DNA from: Carcharhinus amblyrhynchos | Taxonomy: Eukaryota | Reading direction: 5' to 3' | Assembly: GCA_965287045.1 (NCBI GenBank) | Contig: OZ336891.1 | Location: forward strand, 42,284,001-42,348,000 | Length of the DNA: 64,000 bases | Part shown: positions 60,701 through 64,000 of the stretch, piece by piece | Position numbering within the stretch: the first letter of the stretch is position 1 | How the letters are laid out: every line of letters begins with the position of its first letter | Translations under genes and position numbers: made by a program | Notes under the pieces: generated by a model | Told to the model about the DNA's origin: nothing | Database searches by the model: none | The model's input: the letters and a program-made list of their open reading frames with translations, nothing else

Positions 60701-63509
60701 ATCCACGGACCTAAATCAGTGATGGTTATTGAAAGAATGCACAAAGTGTATTTTATAATCACAATACCTGTCCAAAACAGTTGGATGGAACGTGAACTAT
60801 TGGTGCTTTAGCCAATTAACTGTATGCAGCACTAATGCTCCACTAATGTTACCTAAGCAACACTTAAGTTCGTTACCAGGCTGAAATCCATTACACTTGT
60901 TGCTGTTTTGACAGCCCTGCATTTGTTGCTTTTTAACGCACTTTAGCAGCTTTGTTTGCCTCTGCTAAAGATGTTGTCTGCGAGAATAATGAAATATCTA
61001 GATTTTAACCTGTCTGCTTTTATCTTCTTAACGTTTCCCTTTTGAATTCAATCCCGAAGCAGGTTGTACACAATCCATTTCCGAGGTCCCTTCTGAATTA
61101 ACAACCTCATGCAACAAGCTGCCTGCTTCCCTCAAATTAGATTTGTGCCCTCCAAATCCTTTCAGATAAAATGCCATAAAAATGTATTTAAGGTAACTGC
61201 GTAACATGATTCCCATCAGCCAAGGGTAGGTGTGTGATATATAAGTCAGCTTCACTCTGAAACTCGGGCTTAACTAAAGGGCACTCGTGCGAAATAACAA
61301 GCGAGGAATGCTGGAAGTGCGGAGTGAAGGACGCTCTTGTGATTTGTCAGTTACCTGTCACGGTGAGATGACACATCCTTCGCTTCCTGTTAGGATTTAG
61401 CCCATCCTCAGCTCGATATGAAATTAGTCACGGTGATAATACCCCTCATCAGCCCACACACATTTCATCAGAAGTATCCTAGTCAAATGCAAAATGAAAA
61501 TTAAGGTGGATTAATATATGAGGCTGACAGCCATTGGGAAACGATTGTGGTGCTGTATGACATTGTGCATTTACAACCTTCACAAAGCAAATGAGACAAC
61601 TCAGGTTTGAGGTCCATACCACAGTAAATGTGATTTCACACTGTGCCATTAAAACTTCACCGTCCATATAGAAGAACAGAGAACATGCCACAGAAAAGCT
61701 TAGTTAAAATAAAAATAATACTTGGGTACACATTATTATTGAGATTATGAAGAGGGCCACACTAGCAGCATATTTGGTTTCAGATTCATTGAAAAACTGG
61801 TATTTCCGCAACCACGTTGGAACTTGTCTTGCAAATTTGTAAAACTCAGGGAGAACATTGCACCACACTAAATCTAAAACGGGAAGGAGCTTATTGTGGA
61901 TGTCTTAGCATCTCAAATAGCACAGTTAGAGCAGACACAGTCTGGTAGCACAGTGGTTAGCACTGCTGCCTTACAGCACCGGGAGCCTGGGTTTGATTCT
62001 GACCTCGGGTGACTGTCTGCGTAGAATTTGTACATTCTCCCCGTGACTAAGTGGGATTGTTCTGGTTTCCGCCTACAATCCAAAAATGTGTGGGTTAGCC
62101 ATGCTGAATTGCCGCGTAGTGTACAGGGTAGGCGTATTTTATTTGTTAATCACAAGTAAGGCTTACATTAACGCTGCAAGGAAGTTACTGTGAAATTCCC
62201 CCAGTCACCACACTCCAGTGCCTGTTCGGGTCAATGCACCTAACCAGCACATCTTTCAGACTCTGAGAGGAAACTGGAGCACCCAGAGGAAACCCACACA
62301 GACACAGGGAGAGTGTGTAAACTGCACACAGACAGTGATCCAAGCTGGGAATTGAACCTGAGACCCTGGCACTGTGAGGCAGCAGTGCTAACCACTGTGC
62401 CACCATGCATAGAGTTATGGGCATGGGGCCCAGGTGGGATTGTTGTCAGTGCAGGCTGAATGGCCTTCTTCTGCACTGTAGAAATTCTATAGCCTGTGTG
62501 AGTTGTACAAACAGAATTTCAACAAAACAAGAATGCATAACCTTAACTGTAATTCTTTGAACTTGCTGTTATAAGGCACCTTTCATTGTGGTGGCGTTGT
62601 AGCACAGGGTTAATACTGCTGCCTCACTGAGCCAAGGACCCGGGCTCGATTTTAGCCCTGGGTGACTGTATGAAATCTGCACATTCTCCCCATGTCTGCG
62701 TGGATTTTCTCTGGGTGCTCCAGCTTCCTCTCACAGTCCAATCATGTGCCAGTTAGGTGCATTGGCCATGGCAAATTGCCCTTAGTGTCCCAAGATGTGT
62801 AGGTTAGGGGGATTAGCTATGGCAAATGTGTGGGATTATAGGGATAGACCGGGGGACAGACCCCAGGTAAGATACTCTGTCAGAGATTGGTGCAGGCTCG
62901 ATGGGCCAAATGGCCTCATCAGCACTGTAGTGATTCTATGATTTTATGATTATCAGACATCCCACAGTGTTTTTCAAACTGGGGGTAGTACTTTTTATGA
63001 TGTGTGGGCATTTCTAATCTAACTGTTGTCTAAATGTAGTGTAATTATTCCAATGTGCAGAACACAATAGTTAATATGCAAACTCCCACAAACAGAAATA
63101 TGAGATTGTCCAGAGAATTGTATTTTTCTGAAGCTGATTGTGGGTGAATGTTAGTCGGGACATTGGGGATAACTCCTCTGCTTCTTTTTAACCAGTGCCA
63201 TGGGATCTATTCTATCCATCTGTTGAGAGGGCAACGAAGTGACATCTCTGAGAATGCAGTAATCTCTCTGCACCATACTGGAGTTTCAGCTTAATTTATT
63301 CTACTCAGTTCCTGAGGTAATACTTGAACCCACAGCCATCTCCAGCTCAGAGACCAGAGGGCTATCAACACAGCAGACAGGCCGATCTATGTTGAGGTCA
63401 ATGTTTTGCTATGTCGATCTGTGATGTGCACCAACAACATACATCGCAAAATTGGTCACGTGTGGTGATTTTTCAGCCCAACATATTTAAAAGGTAACAC
63501 AATCACAGA

Positions 63510-64000
63510 ATTAAAACAGAAAGTGCCAGAAAGATTCAGCAGGTTTGGCAGAGAGAGAAACATAGAGTTATTGTTTTGAGTCCGCATGACTCTCCTTCAG
63601 ACTGAGGAGGGCTCAAAATGTTATGAATTATGGAGAGAGGGGTGGAACAGAATAGAATATCAGGGATAAGTGGAAGCTCAGGGAAGATTTGACGAAGGTG
63701 TCATGGACCCAAGACAAAGAAAATACTACAGTCTAAAGAAGGTGCTGAAAATGGCATAAAGGAAAGGTAGCAGACTGTGTTAATATCAGAGTAAGGATCA
63801 ACGTTCTGCAAAAGCAAAACCCGTGGCCTTGTTGGGGAAGGGCGCCAGAATTTTATTTAAAAGATCAAAATGGAGAAGAGGCTCCATGGTTTGAAGTTGT
63901 TGAACTTAATGTTAACCTAAATGCTGTAAAGTGCTGAACCTGAAGATGAGGTGCTGTTTCTCCAGTTTGCATTGCGTTTCACTAGAACATTGCAACAGGC
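63510..64000 (-). mobile_element. Penelope-like element 3' end with pLTR and degenerate hammerhead
   Basis: - strand protein LLQCSSETQCKLEKQHLIFRFSTLQ..NIKFNNF; pLTR CTGAAGG-A-GAGTC-ATGCG-GACTC-AAAAC at ~63573-63600. Confidence 0.8.

Noticed and set aside
1-64000. CRISPR arrays or prokaryotic systems
   Set aside because: No regularly interspaced identical repeats or operons; the sequence is vertebrate repeat-rich DNA.

Overview
This is eukaryotic, repeat-dense DNA from a cartilaginous fish, most likely a shark. The diagnostic elements are HE1-type V-SINEs, HER1/CR1 LINEs, DeuSINEs and Penelope-like elements. I could not recognise any host protein-coding gene; the window looks intergenic or intronic, with several repeat-free islands and a 195-N gap at 8447-8641. 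Nearly all short ORFs in the track are chance ORFs in repeats. The main coding feature is a young, 5'-truncated CR1 LINE (~28317-32183) with a zinc-finger/coiled-coil + SGNH-esterase ORF1 and an intact 937-aa APE-RT ORF2. Most interesting signals: (1) ORF1 ends in a correctly phased U_UUA_AAC slippery heptamer directly before its stop, and the -1 frame runs open into ORF2, a candidate programmed -1 frameshift in a vertebrate non-LTR retrotransposon; (2) foldback non-autonomous Penelope-type elements carrying minimal hammerhead-ribozyme motifs whose stem II varies but stays paired; (3) a repeated chimeric element in which a decayed CR1 ORF2 end, rather than a tRNA head, precedes the V-SINE core. 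Repeat family names come from recalled consensus motifs, not database searches. Repeat boundaries are approximate unless a TSD is given.
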